Shown here: piece after piece, positions 1 to 13,616 of the stretch | Layout of the letters: each line of letters begins with the position of its first letter | Position numbering within the stretch: the stretch's first letter is position 1 | Assembly (NCBI RefSeq): GCF_001194135.2 | Contig: NC_068989.1 | Span: 64,893,614 to 64,957,613, forward strand | Direction: 5' to 3' | Length of the DNA stretch: 64,000 bases | Source: Octopus bimaculoides | Taxonomy: Eukaryota | The notes under the pieces: generated by a model | The model's database searches: none | What the model was told of the DNA's origin: nothing | What the model saw: the letters and a program-made list of their open reading frames with translations, nothing else | Program-made: the position numbers and the translations under genes

Positions 1-53
<53 letters not shown>

Positions 54-477
54 GATATATACGTATGTACTTATATATATATTGTTAAGAGTCTACCGCT
101 CAATGAAAGTGCTGCTGTATTTCGTTCATTACGACAGTCGCTTCAAATCAAACCTGTTGATCTTTTATGGTAAAATGGATGTAATATTGCATAATTATTG
201 TTAAGAAGTTAATATGCAGTATTACGTAGTCGATTGATACCGTTCATAACTTAATTGTATTGTGTTATTTGTTCTATAGATAACATAGATGAAATTACTT
301 CTAATAATGTATACGAATCAATTTGGAGCTCTAGAAAAATATCGCTCAAAAATGTATCACAGTGACAAGCGTATGCATATATGTAGCAATCCACAAACAT
401 ACGTTTCCTTAACGTAGTTCTCTTTCGCATCCCGTCAAACTCTCTCTCTCTCTCTCTCTCTCCATATATATATATAT

Positions 478-1090
478 NNNNNNNNNNNNNNNNNNNNNNN
501 NNNNNNNNNNNNNNNNNNNNNNNNNNNNNNNNNNNNNNNNNNNNNNNNNNNNNNNNNNNNNNNNNNNNNNNNNNNNNNNNNNNNNNNNNNNNNNNNNNNN
601 NNNNNNNNNNNNNNNNNNNNNNNNNNNNNNNNNNNNNNNNNNNNNNNNNNNNNNNNNNNNNNNNNNNNNNNNNNNNNNNNNNNNNNNNNNNNNNNNNNNN
701 NNNNNNNNNNNNNNNNNNNNNNNNNNNNNNNNNNNNNNNNNNNNNNNNNNNNNNNNNNNNNNNNNNNNNNNNNNNNNNNNNNNNNNNNNNNNNNNNNNNN
801 NNNNNNNNNNNNNNNNNNNNNNNNNNNNNNNNNNNNNNNNNNNNNNNNNNNNNNNNNNNNNNNNNNNNNNNNNNNNNNNNNNNNNNNNNNNNNNNNNNNN
901 NNNNNNNNNNNNNNNNNNNNNNNNNNNNNNNNNNNNNNNNNNNNNNNNNNNNNNNNNNNNNNNNNNNNNNNNNNNNNNNNNNNNNNNNNNNNNNNNNNNN
1001 NNNNNNNNNNNNNNNNNNNNNNNNNNNNNNNNNNNNNNNNNNNNNNNNNNNNNNNNNNNNNNNNNNNNNNNNNNNNNNNNNNNNNNNNNN
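478..1090. other. Assembly gap (N run); other large gaps at 23273-24245, 29161-29613, 37856-38659 and 39946-40230
   Basis: N characters; most gaps are bordered by (TA)n or (CA)n. Confidence 0.99.
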
Positions 1091-1905
1091 GGACGCCACG
1101 AAAGGTACATCGAACTCAGAGGATCCTATTTTGAAGGAGATTAGAGTCTTTCACATCTTTGAAATTTATAAACGTCTCTCCTGAAAAAGTCTGAAAACAT
1201 TCCTTGTAACTGTAAATATAAAAAAACGGCGTGTGTTTCTGCGTGTGCAGTGTGAACAATATTATTTATTCAAAAGTTTCTATTTTCCAATGTTCACTCG
1301 ATTGTTGTTATGTTTCCTCAATCACTCTTATATACACAACAACTGGATCTGCTCGTGTTGCGCTGAAAACAACTAAACAGGAAATACAGGTTTTCTGCTG
1401 GACACATAAAAATATGTAGGGTAACTGTAATAAAACGCATAAAATATATCTAAACACTTCTAAAAAATTTCCATACAACAACATTTGATGCTGAAATGAT
1501 TTTGAATACAAAATTTTTCGACTAATTCTATAAAGACTTCATGTCAATTGTTCCAAATTTATTTAAAATATTTTTTTTGCCTTTTCAGAACTGTTTTATG
1601 GTTTGGAATTTGAATGGCACGTATCCTTTATTGCATATTACTTTTACCTAAAAAATGTTTTAGTAACACGGAGTCTGGAATATTTTTGATGTGGTTTTGC
1701 AGACAAATATAAAATGTTAAATTTATTGGGTTGAAATTTTAATTAAAAGGCACGGAACATGCTTGGTAACGGATGACAGTTGGTCATCATGCGTTTGCTA
1801 ATATTCTGTTTATGTATGCATTGCAAGGCACACACATACACTGTGTGTCCGTATGTATGCATACGTAGTTGCATTCATTCATACACACACGCACATGCAC
1901 GCACG

Positions 1906-1956
<51 letters not shown>

Positions 1957-3073
1957 ACACACACGCATAACAACTTTAGTAGAATTAAAATATGTTTGTG
2001 TCATGCTTTAACTGCTAAAGGTAATTTCACCGTAGATTACTGTAGGTAAAATATTCTCTATTATGGTAGAGTTGTAAATTTAGTGTTATCAGCTCAGCGG
2101 CGCCAATTCTCTCACCCCTAGATACATTTCTTGCCTGTTATGCCCAAAGATTATTTAGTCCCGATCACTATATTTCTCCTGGGCGGGCGATGTGAGAGAG
2201 CATGTCAGTCACTAGTTTTGATCGATTTAATATAGAGCTACGGTGTTCCTAGTCGATTCAGGGAAATATATATCACATTATATAATTCATGTGTGCGTGA
2301 GTGTGTATTTGTATGTGTATTAACTTATACATCCATATTCTCACGCATTTCTAATTTTTCACATGATTTACTAATTTTGCAATTTCTGCAATGTGTGCGA
2401 ACACAAACCTTGTAATTTCCATCCATTTATTGCGAAAGCTGTCGTTATTATTACCTGCTTTAACAGATTGTTAACGTACGCTTAAACAATTCTTAAACAA
2501 TACTTAAGCAACGTTTCTCAATACACTGTATTATCGTATTATTTCTATGCGCAATCTTCACACGTTCCTTATTTGCATACGTTTCTTGCACGTTTTCTGT
2601 GTACATATTCGATGTTTGATCACCCAACGAATGCAAGATTCTTTCACCTTTCTACTCGTCAGATGCAAAATATAAATAAAATATAGATCACTTTGTGAAT
2701 TAACTATATAAACGAACCTTAAGTTTGTTGCACGATTGTCATACTATGGCTCTTTATTGTTAAAATTTTGTCATATGTTAGATATGCACTTTGGTTTTCG
2801 AAATTTTGTATTTTCATAAATTTGTACTTTTTGTATTTTTTTTTTGTATGTTTGTAGCTTTTCATCCTGAAATGCTTTATCTCGAATTATATATTTCTGC
2901 ATTTTGTAATTTTGCAATTTTTCTATTTCTATATTTCTCTATTTTTCCACACACAGACGCGCATTAATACTCGCCTGTGCACACACTCACACAGAAACAC
3001 ACACAGACACGCACACACACATACACACACCGATACGCATGTTCACACAAACACATAGACACACCGATACGCA

Positions 3074-3131
<58 letters not shown>

Positions 3132-3141
3132 NNNNNNNNNN

Positions 3142-3173
<32 letters not shown>

Positions 3174-3403
3174 ACAACACGCACGCACAAACAAATAATT
3201 TGCGTATATTGTATTCATCCAAAGCCGTACACTTGCATGTTTGCTGGTGTAAGCACACGGAGTTTTAACATTTACATACATCTCTACGAACCTACGTGTA
3301 ACCATACGATCAAAAATAGGAATCGTTTTATATTAAAAAGCACTTCTGAGCGTGTATATACTATATGTGTGTAAGTATTAACTAAGTGCAAATTCAGGAT
3401 TAT

Positions 3404-3431
3404 TAACAACAACAACAACAACAACAACTAC

Positions 3432-3498
<67 letters not shown>
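3404..3498. repeat. (AAC)n(AAT)n microsatellite, the likely tail of a minus-strand family A SINE at ~3499-3568
   Basis: Read directly. The adjacent tactttctactaaaagcataaagcctgaaatttgtgggg resembles the family A 3' end. Confidence 0.8.
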
Positions 3499-3501
<3 letters not shown>

Positions 3502-3777
3502 TCTACTAAAAGCATAAAGCCTGAAATTTGTGGGGACTAGTAGATTACAAGTAGACTCCAGTGTTTCGNNNNNNNNNNNNNNNNNNNNNNNNNNNNNNNN
3601 NNNNNNNNNNNNNNNNNNNNNNNNNNNGGTATTCCACAACTTTACTTTATTATATATATATATATATATACAAAACATTTCTGCCGGCATAAAATCAATG
3701 GTAGCCCTTTAACCCACAGGTGGATAGCCATTCACCAAAGCGGATCTGAAGACTTCTTCTCACTGTTCGCTATGAGC

Positions 3778-3818
<41 letters not shown>

Positions 3819-4054
3819 GTGGTAATACTTTAAAAAGTAGAATAGCACTCGAGAGTAAAGACTATCTTGAATTATTACAGTTACTTAGGGTTTCCTGGTC
3901 TAAATAATTATTTATTCCACCATTTTCTCGTCTATTGTTTAAACTTTACTTGCTTAAATAACAACTGGAAATACCAGAATAAATTATTGTTTCGATCAGG
4001 AGCCGCTGGTTACCTGTAATCGAAAGACATACCTTTTAATTTTAGATTATATAT

Positions 4055-4090
<36 letters not shown>

Positions 4091-7000
4091 GTGCATGTGT
4101 ATGTTAGTGTGTGTGTGTGTATAAAAACATATATACACACATCCAGCAATACACAAGCAGATACACACGCGCGCGTGCGCGTGTACATATACACATATAT
4201 ATTTATATATCTATATACACACACACATAAAATGTACGTTTGTGTATTAGTGTATTAGCTAATAAGTTGAAATGTTAAATTACTTTTGTCCATCATAAGT
4301 ATCGTGGCCCGAGATACACTTGAGTGTAAATGGCGGAAGACATTTACCAACATCAAAGTCGAACTGAGTATCTGAAGTGTTTCGAAATAAGTCAATGAAA
4401 TTTTGTTTTTCATTGCAGCACAAAGATCATATAGATGAGAGGCAAAGGACCACCCATTGAAGCAAAAGTATCCTTGTTCATATTTCCATTTATTTGTTCT
4501 AACCTTGAAACCCGTTGCTTAATAGTGCAACTATTGTAGGATTATAGTAAATTTAGACCATCATCAGAAGGTTCCTTACAAGATCTAATCTCGTTGGAAA
4601 ATTTCAATTCCCGAATGTCTCATTACTTGTCTTTGTATTTTCAACATTAAATACAAACGCTGAATAGCAAATGCGCTCTACCGAACTAGAATACTATTGA
4701 GACCCTGCTTCAAAGAAATCTATTTGCTAACGCACTATTTATTCACCAAAGGCAACGATGCGTCTTTACTATTTTTTCTCACTGTTTAACGACCATCTTT
4801 TTTCTGCGAACGATCCAGAAAAATAAATCTTGATGAATACATCCATTCCTGATTTCTCGACGAGTACACAACTTGTGATAATTTTTTACCCCTGCACATT
4901 TACAGTTTCCAAATTATTTTCGTGTTAAAACAACCTATATTTATTGAACTTAATTTACTTTACTGATTTATATAGCGATTTACATCAAATGTTGTTGTTG
5001 TTGATGTCAACCACGATCTGATAAATTTTGTGAGGGAAGCTGTTTTATTGTTGGCTATTCAGACGCTTTCTATAGCATGGACTATGAAATCTCGTTACTT
5101 TAGACGGCTGGAAGTTATTTCTGACAAACGGAACAATGGTAGAGAAGCTTCATCATGTAACAAACAAGGTGTTTGTTGTTATTTTGGAATTTTTTGAAAT
5201 TAATTATTGAGTTAAAATTGATCACTGATACATTCATGGATGAGTGTTTAATAAGCGCATTTTCAAATTGAGATATCCCGGGGTTTATTCCATTCTGTCG
5301 CCTGTCGGCAAGGGAATTTACTGTAGATTATAGGCAATCTAAGTCTTGTGACCGTAGTTGGTCATATGGGAACTGTATAGAAACCCGTCAAATGGAGGCT
5401 AGCCTGTATCTATAATAAAACTTTGCAGTGTTGTTGCATCTGTGTCGTGTCAGATTCTACGTATTTGTTTAAATATTCGGAAGTGTTCTCACTCTCATCA
5501 AAACACCGCAGCTCGCATAAGGTCTATATGCGGTACAGTGGTTTAATATCACGTTTTGAAGTATATTGTTTACTGTATTTACTGACGTCCTGTTATTTTC
5601 TGAGTTAAAATCCTAGCACATGGGCATATGGAGGATCTATGTTTTCTTGAAACTCCTGTCACCGTCTGTCAAATATGATGCTGTCATCTTATGTTGGAGA
5701 CATAGGATATTGTAGTTTTACAAAGAAGAAATTTTTGTGGCGGAATGAATATGTCAGCTAGGTCAGAGCTGACAAGAAATAACACTGGCAGGGGATTCCT
5801 ACAGGGTTGACTAAGTTCTCCCTCTCACTTAAGATGACACCAATATCTATCATGTTTCTAATGGATTTGATTGTAATAAATGAGAAAATTCTGCTCATAA
5901 TATCTGTAATCGTGTATTAACGTTAGAAATTTAAGTATGCTTTACTTTCATATTTAATGGTTTTGGAGTATTAAATACGTTAATACTGATCTTATGATAC
6001 TGATCTTATAATAAAAGTGCGTCACTGAGTAAATTGCCCTGGCCTTTGTGTCATGTTCTTTTATTTTACGATGTATTTTTATTGCATCTGTACGTTTTCA
6101 TTGGTTACTCTTCATTATTTTCGGTTCCGTTTATGAATTATAGTTGTAGATATTTAGATACAAATAACCAAATAGTTAAGCAATAACGATTACTGATAAA
6201 GGCACATAAAAAGAGATTCTGCATTTGATCCTTCCGGGGCCGTTGGAATCGACTGCTGTATTCATCTGATATTTTTCTATGGACCTGATTCTTGTAATAT
6301 GAAAAGTGAGGTCGACGTATTTGAATTCAGAATATAAACAGATAAAAAAAATAATGGCGCCAAGTGTTTTATCTGGTGTTGAACTGATTCATTCGCTTCA
6401 CCATCTTGATAATTTGAAATTATAACAGAGCCTATAAAGTCCATAGATATACAGTTTCTGTAATAAATTCTTGCATGAAACGTTTGTATGAGGTTACTAA
6501 CTAGCTTATAAATACAATACGAGAATTACAAGAATCTACCAGGATTACAATTATGCGATTATTATCTCATAGCCATTGAGAGGATTAAATTTATCCAAGC
6601 CTCTGATTGTAACAAATACTGTAAAATCACAAATACCGTGTAGAATGCAACTGAAAGAGAATGGAATATTCCGTTTGAGATCCCTGCATTCACTGAAGGG
6701 TATCGAATTGCTAAACAAGGCGAGATAATTAGATATTCCCCTTAGAAAGCTCACACGTTACAAGCTAGTTTCTCTTTACCGATGCATGTAGTTCAAAGGA
6801 TGTATCTTAAGACAACATCAGTTGCTACAGTGTCTGTGCAAGCGATCTGGTTGTACAGATTTTTGAAGCCGAAGCATTGATAACATTTTTGTTGTGCTTT
6901 CCGTGATTCTGATCTTTTATAATTTCTGTTTTTCATCGCTGTCTTCTAAACCAAATATTCCATGTGAGCCTCTGTGTACCACAAGGTCATTTTCACATGG

Positions 7001-7414
7001 TATTGCAACCGTGCAATTTACATCATCAGCATTTCTCGGGAGTAAGATTAAGATCGAGCAAAACACCTGCATTTTAATTGTAAAGTTACGCTTAATGAGG
7101 CGTGAAATTTCCCCAGAAACAAACTGTTTCGGTTAGACACCATTAACGCTTCTCCATATTGTGCCAAAAACAGAAAAAAAAACTCAGGAACGTTAAAGAA
7201 AGTGAAACAGTGAAAAAGAATGAAAAAAAAAATGTCTACACATAAAACGAAAATAATTTGTATCAGTCTCGTTAAATAGCATGCAGGGACGGTTTCAGCT
7301 GGAGCAAACAGTCGATGAGATATCAATCTCATCGGCTGCGGAAGGAATCAGATATTAAGTTCTTAATTTCTTGATTTCCTTTATTAAGTAAGATATTTAG
7401 ATTATATGTTGGAA

Positions 7415-7702
7415 CAGACATGAATGTGTGGTTAAGAAGCTTTCTTTTCAATGTGGTTTCTGGTTCAGGCCACTTCGCACAATTCTTTTCTACTATAGCT
7501 TCCGACCGACTTATGACTTGCGAAAGAATTTAGTAAACGGAAACTGCGTGGCTGTGTGGTAAGAAGTTTTCTTCCCAACCACATGGTTCGGTGTTTATTT
7601 CTACTGCGTGGCAACTCGGGCAAGTGTTTTCTACTATAGTTTCAGGCTGACTAACGCATTGTGAGTGGATTTGCTAGGCAGAAACTGAAGAAACCCACCG
7701 TA

Positions 7703-7705
<3 letters not shown>
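7415..7705 (+). mobile_element. Two tandem degenerate family B heads, followed by (TATC)n
   Basis: gaatgtgtggttaagaagc...aaacggaaactg is immediately followed by cgtggctgtgtggtaagaag...gggcaagtgttttctactatag...gaaactgaag. Confidence 0.65.
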
Positions 7706-7765
<60 letters not shown>

Positions 7766-8439
7766 GCGGGTAATAACAAAATATATTAAGGCTCAGGCTA
7801 TGTAGGTGTCAAAATGTATTGCTATATACAAAAATATTTACAACATTAATTTACAGTGAATAGTATACATGATCTGATTTTTGCAAACATCTCATAGTTC
7901 GTCCTGTGGTATTTCTTCTGCGGATTACTTTGTTCGTAGCAGAATATATAATGTCTAGTGCTTTAATAATGCTCTTAAGATGAAATCTCTTGGAGAGCAC
8001 ATTTAGAAAATCTCGATATTTATATTTCAACAGAATACATAATTAATTATGTCCCGGAAGTGTGCATCTAAGAAAAACAACTGTGCCTATAACATGAGAC
8101 GTTCGTGGATAACTCCAAATGGCGCACTTAAACACTGTGGCCAAATACTTGGAAGCTCCAAGGCGTCAGAAGACAAAGTAATGTTCTTATTGTTACTGCT
8201 CACTTCCTAAGAAGAAACAGTGTCAACTGGAAAGTAACTGAATCTCTTAAAACTCTTTCAGACTGAAACATTGCAAATTTAGTGGAATCTAATTCTCATA
8301 CTCCGGTCCCCCTTCCTGTACAACATATCATTGTTAATCGTAAATAATACCTATAGTAAAACGTTCAAGTTGCTGTTACCTAAGCAAAAGAAAACAACAA
8401 TAACGTAAATTATAATAGTTTTTGTAATAACCCTTTCTA

Positions 8440-8635
8440 TTATGTGCACTTGGCTTGTTTAGAGGCGGGAGATGGTAAGTCGAGTATATTGACTCCGGTG
8501 CCCAACCGGTACCTATTTCATCGGCCGCGAAACGGTAAAAGGTAAGTCGACCTCGGCGGAATTTGAACTCAGAACGTAATGACAGACTGCTGCTAAGCAT
8601 TTCTCCTGGAGTGTTAACTGTTCTATCAGCTCGCT

Positions 8636-8636
<1 letters not shown>
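8440..8636 (-). mobile_element. SINE family A copy
   Basis: gtcgacctcggcggaatttgaactcagaacgtaa...tcagctcgc. Confidence 0.75.
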
Positions 8637-8724
<88 letters not shown>

Positions 8725-8761
8725 TTGCTGCGGCTGCTGCTGCTGCTGCTACTACTACTAT

Positions 8762-8852
<91 letters not shown>
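8637..8852. repeat. Compound trinucleotide microsatellite (CTA)n(CTG)n(CTA)n(ATA)n
   Basis: Read directly from the sequence. It produces the poly-Ser/poly-Leu pseudo-ORFs 8376-8855 and 8563-8880. Confidence 0.95.
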
Positions 8853-8874
8853 CATTATGATATTAATAATACTT

Positions 8875-9080
8875 TTCTAATTTTGACTCAGCACCAATAA
8901 TTTTGAGAGGGAGGGGTAAAGATTGTTACATTGACCGCAGTACTTTACTGGTTCATTATCTTATTGACTCCTAAAGGATGAAAAGCCAAAGTGAACTCGG
9001 AAGTGTTTGAAGTTAAAACGTAAAGAATCACGAAGAAATGATGCTCAGCTTTTAGTCCGACGTGTCATTGAGTCTGCGAA
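8875..9080 (-). mobile_element. Degenerate SINE family A copy with an (AAT)n-type tail to its left
   Basis: ctcctaaaggatgaaaagccaaagtgaactcggaagtgtttgaagttaaaacgtaaag. Confidence 0.6.
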
Positions 9081-9837
9081 AGCATTGGGAAAACAGTTTT
9101 AGTAGAAGATGAATATAATCGGTTGGACTAACCACAGTATATTACTGATAGATGTATTATCAAATTCTGGGTCATTAAAGTAAGAAAAAAAAGTTATATT
9201 TGAATAGGATGAAATATATATATCGCATGACTTTTCAACCAACAGTGTAGCATTTACCGCAACTAACCGACGCCGTTGTTAATTAATTAAATTGTAAAAA
9301 CAAAACAATCTGTAAATTAAGTTTCATCACAGAAACCATTGATCAACGATTATAAATTATGTGAGCTAAAACCTATTCGAGGTTATCTGAACTGATGATA
9401 CAAATAACTTCCGAACGTGCTACCAAATAGAATAGCGTAAATTGTTTGAAAGGAAAAGGTTAACTTACTCTAACACCAAAATGAATAATAATATTATCTC
9501 ATAAACTGGAGAATGCGGTAGAGCAAAAGGTCAAATTTTCAGCAAAACAAGTGAAGGCTTTCGATACCAGATTGTTCTCAAATTGATTAATATTTCCATG
9601 AAGGCTCCAATTAAAATTTAGGAAATTTTAGTTTTTTCATATCAAAAATATGTATAAAAATATGTATAATTCCCTGTTATGCGATTTAGCTCACAAACAA
9701 GCGAGAAGCTTCTATCTCCTCTTTAAACCATCGAGAAATATTGTCTTGCCCTTCTTCAAATCATACCCTATATTTTTTGAAACAGAATGACTCGTCTGGC
9801 GTTAAGTCATTACAAAAAGCATTTAGTATCCTATAGC

Positions 9838-10030
9838 TTATCTTTTATCTTTTACTTGTATCAGTCATTTAAGTGCGGCCATGCTGGGGCACCACCTGAA
9901 ATGATTTAGTTGAACAAATATTCCTCACTAGTTATTTTTAAAGCGTGGCACTTATTCTATCGAAACCTTTACCATACCGCTGAGTAACGTGGACGTATGC
10001 AAACGAACGCTGGTTGTCAAGCGGTAGTGC
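9838..10030 (-). mobile_element. Degenerate family B 3' module
   Basis: ttttacttgtatcagtcatttaagtgcggccatgctggggcaccacc...ggttgtcaagcg. Confidence 0.65.
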
Positions 10031-10369
10031 GTCATAAATATAAAACAAACACATACATACATACATACATACATACATACATAATTATTGAGGCATTGGG
10101 ATAGGTAACACACTGCCTAAATACCAATCTTCAGAAATTAGGCTTCTCAAAGCCAGAAAAGAGAAAACTGATTCGAAGTCTACAGAGCCAGGCCATGACT
10201 GGAACTGTAAAAATCTGTAAAACCTTACCGAAATTTATCATTTCTGTATAAATGAGCATGTCTAGCTCCGCAAATATATGCATGAGAAGACATACATAAA
10301 ACAAAACATACAAATCAGCACATATGCATACATACATACATACATACATATATGCACGCATGCAGACAT

Positions 10370-10493
10370 ACATAATGTGCAAGAATACCCTGTGTTTGAT
10401 GCTGAAATTCCACTGAAAGATCCTTCAATCTACTTTAGAAACCGGCTCTTTCTCTATTGGAAAGATAACTTGAAATAAAACTGAATAATGAAT

Positions 10494-10527
<34 letters not shown>

Positions 10528-10670
10528 TACATACATACATACATACATACATACAGGCCTGAGGATGTCGTAGAAAACACGTGTTGCCCAATGTGCCATG
10601 CAATAAGACTGAACCCCCCAAAATATGATTTAGAAGAAAGTTTCTGAACCACACAACCACGTCTGTGCCT
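10370..10670 (-). mobile_element. Degenerate family B head with an alternative internal module
   Basis: The minus-strand head reads ggcacagacgtggttgtgtgg...gcatggcacattgggc. After a microsatellite follows a ~115-bp module also found at 19218-19330. Confidence 0.5.
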
Positions 10671-11316
10671 CATCTTTTTACTTATTTCCCATTCCAACTA
10701 TTTCTATTATATTGGTTGTTGTTTTGTGATTGGAAGTAGTAATCAGTGACTGAAAGGAATTTTCCTGGAACATAGTCTTCATTCTTACTTCCATTATCAT
10801 TTTGAGCCATTTCAACCTTTTATCATGTTTAATGGGAATAAAAGTACTAAAGTATGATCATCAGCTATTCTAGTTTCTCCAACTTCATGAATATCAGCCG
10901 TATCATACACGAAAGGAAAAGTATATTGGCTTAGATACAAATAACAGAGTTAGGTAAAATTCAATCAGAATTCTTTGAGAATAACTTATTATAAAGTGTG
11001 AAAAAAAACTGTTTCACTTATCAAAATTATAGATCTACTCATATTGACATTGAGTTGCAATGGGAAAAGAGACTCTAAAAGAGACTCTATTTTGAATGTA
11101 GAATATCTAAATTCAGCTGCGATATTATATCCATCGAATATGAAAGAAATACATATTTAATATGCTGATATGAAGAGTAGGAAGCTGTAAGATGTGCATT
11201 ATATGAATATTTATAATCTCTTTATCAGCGTTGCAATAATGACACCATTATGTCATGGAAAGTATGAACGATGAAGAGAAAAATCGTGTGTAAATATGAA
11301 TCTAAGAATTAATACT

Positions 11317-11389
<73 letters not shown>

Positions 11390-11393
11390 CCTC

Positions 11394-11434
<41 letters not shown>

Positions 11435-11617
11435 NNNNNNNNNNNNNNNNNNNNNNNNNNNNNNNNNNNNNNNNNNNNNNNNNNNNNNNNNNNNNNNNNN
11501 NNNNNNNNNNNNNNNNNNNNNNNNNNNNNNNNNNNNNNNNNNNNNNNNNNNNNNNTCTCTCTCTATCTATCTATCTATATATCTATCTATCCATCTATCC
11601 ATCTATCCATCTATCCA

Positions 11618-11685
<68 letters not shown>

Positions 11686-12229
11686 ACAGTTTTACGTATT
11701 ATTTTTTTGATGGCTGACTAGTCTCTGCGCAGGAATACATCTTTAACTGTCCTTCATGGCGAAAACCGAACGATAACAAACGTAGATAAAAAAAAGTCAT
11801 CGGAAGGACAGTCACTATTGGCTAACCGGAACTCACATCAGTGATGCGTAAAATACCTTATATATAATGCAGTGTCCTCCTTAGTCGTACAGCAGGAGAT
11901 ATTACTTACAGACAGTTTTCTCTTCAAAAAGAACGTAAGTGATGTGAAAAAGTTTCAAAGGGGACTTTATTAATGTTCATATATACGTACCAATGTTTGC
12001 TTACGCATTCAATCGCACATTCACATGTGCATACATTCATGTAGTTACTTGCACACGTCTGAACAAATAGGAGGGAGTTAGCTAGGTAGATAAGCTGTGC
12101 TCGGGCTTATCTACCTATTTTTAGGAGTAGGTTGACGTATTGGTGAACTGTCAACGGCATTGGAGAATGGAAGCCATTTGAATATTGGAAAAGAGTTACA
12201 TGTGTCATAATGATTTGCACCGGGTATCA

Positions 12230-12760
12230 AAATGCCAACATCATGACTGCTCTTCAGCGCTCTATGAACGCTGTACAGGTGTTCGTGTAATATGTGACAC
12301 GAACACCTGCAACAGAGACTACGAAGCCGTGACCAGCAGGAAAGATGGCCCTGAAGCGTGTCTCCTGTAAAGGTGACATAATGCTACCCCACGTTTTTAA
12401 ACTGGACCTTAGGCTGGATTCAGATGGCTATCTGTAATTTCTGAAGAGTGTGGTCAAATCCTGGCCGGGGAAGGTTCCTCCTGAAACGCATATGCGGTTT
12501 CTTGCCATCAGAAGTGGCTGTCGAAGAATTTCTATTATTTCATCAGCCCCAATTTCTACCCTACTCCTAATCTCCACGCGTGTAATCTCTTGGATTACTA
12601 TATGTGGTTGAGAAAGACACTAACTGCTCTACTTGCAACACCAAGGCATAGATGGTGGCTAGGTCCAAGGAGCTGTTCGAAGATCTTCCCAAGGACAGAG
12701 TAAGGGACATATGTGCCTCGTTCCGGATGAGACCAATGAAGATCGAAATCACGTGAGCTG
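12230..12760 (+). mobile_element. Degraded Tc1/mariner-superfamily transposase (C-terminal half; resembles the DD37D/maT type)
   Basis: Frameshifted peptides IMLPHVFKLDLRLDSDGYL*FLKSVVKSW, HQKWLSKNFYYFISPNF, PNLHACNLLDYYMW (cf. WPPNSPDLNPLDYxVW) and EKDTNCSTCNTKA*MVARSKELFEDLPKDRVRDICASFR. Confidence 0.75.
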
Positions 12761-12899
12761 GGGCCCCCCTCGAGGCTGGAGTTGGTGGGCATTAATTTCC
12801 CCGCGAGCGATAGAAACAAGGGCGCATTTTGCACTAAAATCTTATATGTAAGTTTCTCTCAGGGCCTCTACCGCAGTAAAGTGCGGTCCAACAGAACAT

Positions 12900-13310
12900 C
12901 GAAGTTTAAGTGGGAATAAATATTACATATCTCTCTATCCCTGTATGCAAAGACAGGAGAGGTACGCAGTGATATATGTATGGAAGATACTGGAGGGGCT
13001 GGCACCAAATCTCGGAATTAAGTGTTATGCCAGACCTTGAAATGGACGTCAGTGCACTGTTCTAAAAGCCCCAATTTTCTCATCTAGGGCGAGGACCACG
13101 TACTGCAATAGCTTGAGATTCTAGGGCTCACTGCTATTTAGCTCCTTGCCAAAATATCTGAGGGATTTCCATGGAGTGGGAGTAGATGTTTTCAAGAAAC
13201 AACTTAACCTCATACTTTCCAAGATCTCAGATGAACCAATATCAAGGCAGGAAACTCAAAAGAGAGCAGTGATATCGAACACTTTCCTTCAACAGAAGCC
13301 TAACCCATAG
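12900..13310 (+). mobile_element. 3' end of a CR1-clade LINE ORF2 (degraded)
   Basis: Peptides QRQERYAVIYVWKILEGLAPNLGIKCY and LFSSLPKYLRDFHGVGVDVFKKQLNLILSKISDEP match the typical invertebrate CR1-group C-terminus (LQRRRERY..IY.WKILEG / LFN.LP..LR...FK..LD..L..VPDEP). Confidence 0.75.
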
Positions 13311-13357
13311 AATTGGCCAGTTAAAAGGTAATTACAATGGCGCTGCCCCATATATAT

Positions 13358-13616
13358 ACATAGGCCCGGTTTCCTGGTTGCTATGGCGTATATGATCCCC
13401 CCAGCTGGACGAGACGCCAGTCCATCGCAGCATTACTCAAGAAACAGGAAGAAAGAGTGAGAGAAAGTTAGGGCGAAAGAGTACAACAGGGTTCGCCACC
13501 ATTCCCTGCCGGAGCCTCGTGGAGCTTTAGGTGCTTTCGCTCAATAAACACACACAACGCCCGATCTGGGAATCGAAACCGCTATTCCGCTGCCCTAACC
13601 ACTGGGCCATTGTGCC
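13358..13616 (-). mobile_element. tRNA-derived SINE (family C) with a V-domain-like core
   Basis: The minus strand has box A TGGCCCAGTGG and box B GGTTTCGATTCC. The internal GCGATGGACTGGCGTCTCGTCCAG resembles the V-SINE central motif (assignment from memory). Confidence 0.7.

Noticed and set aside
251-1110. Long ORFs of X residues (also 23152-24378, 29083-29732, 37800-38867, 39709-40377)
   Set aside because: They are open only because N gaps contain no stop codons.
8376-8880. Poly-Ser / poly-Leu ORFs and the many YIYI, THTH, CVCV and LSIY ORFs
   Set aside because: Translations of microsatellites, with no splice or homology support.
13560-13616. tRNA-like sequences (here and in the other SINE heads) as tRNA genes
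   Set aside because: Cloverleafs are incomplete and each continues into SINE body sequence.
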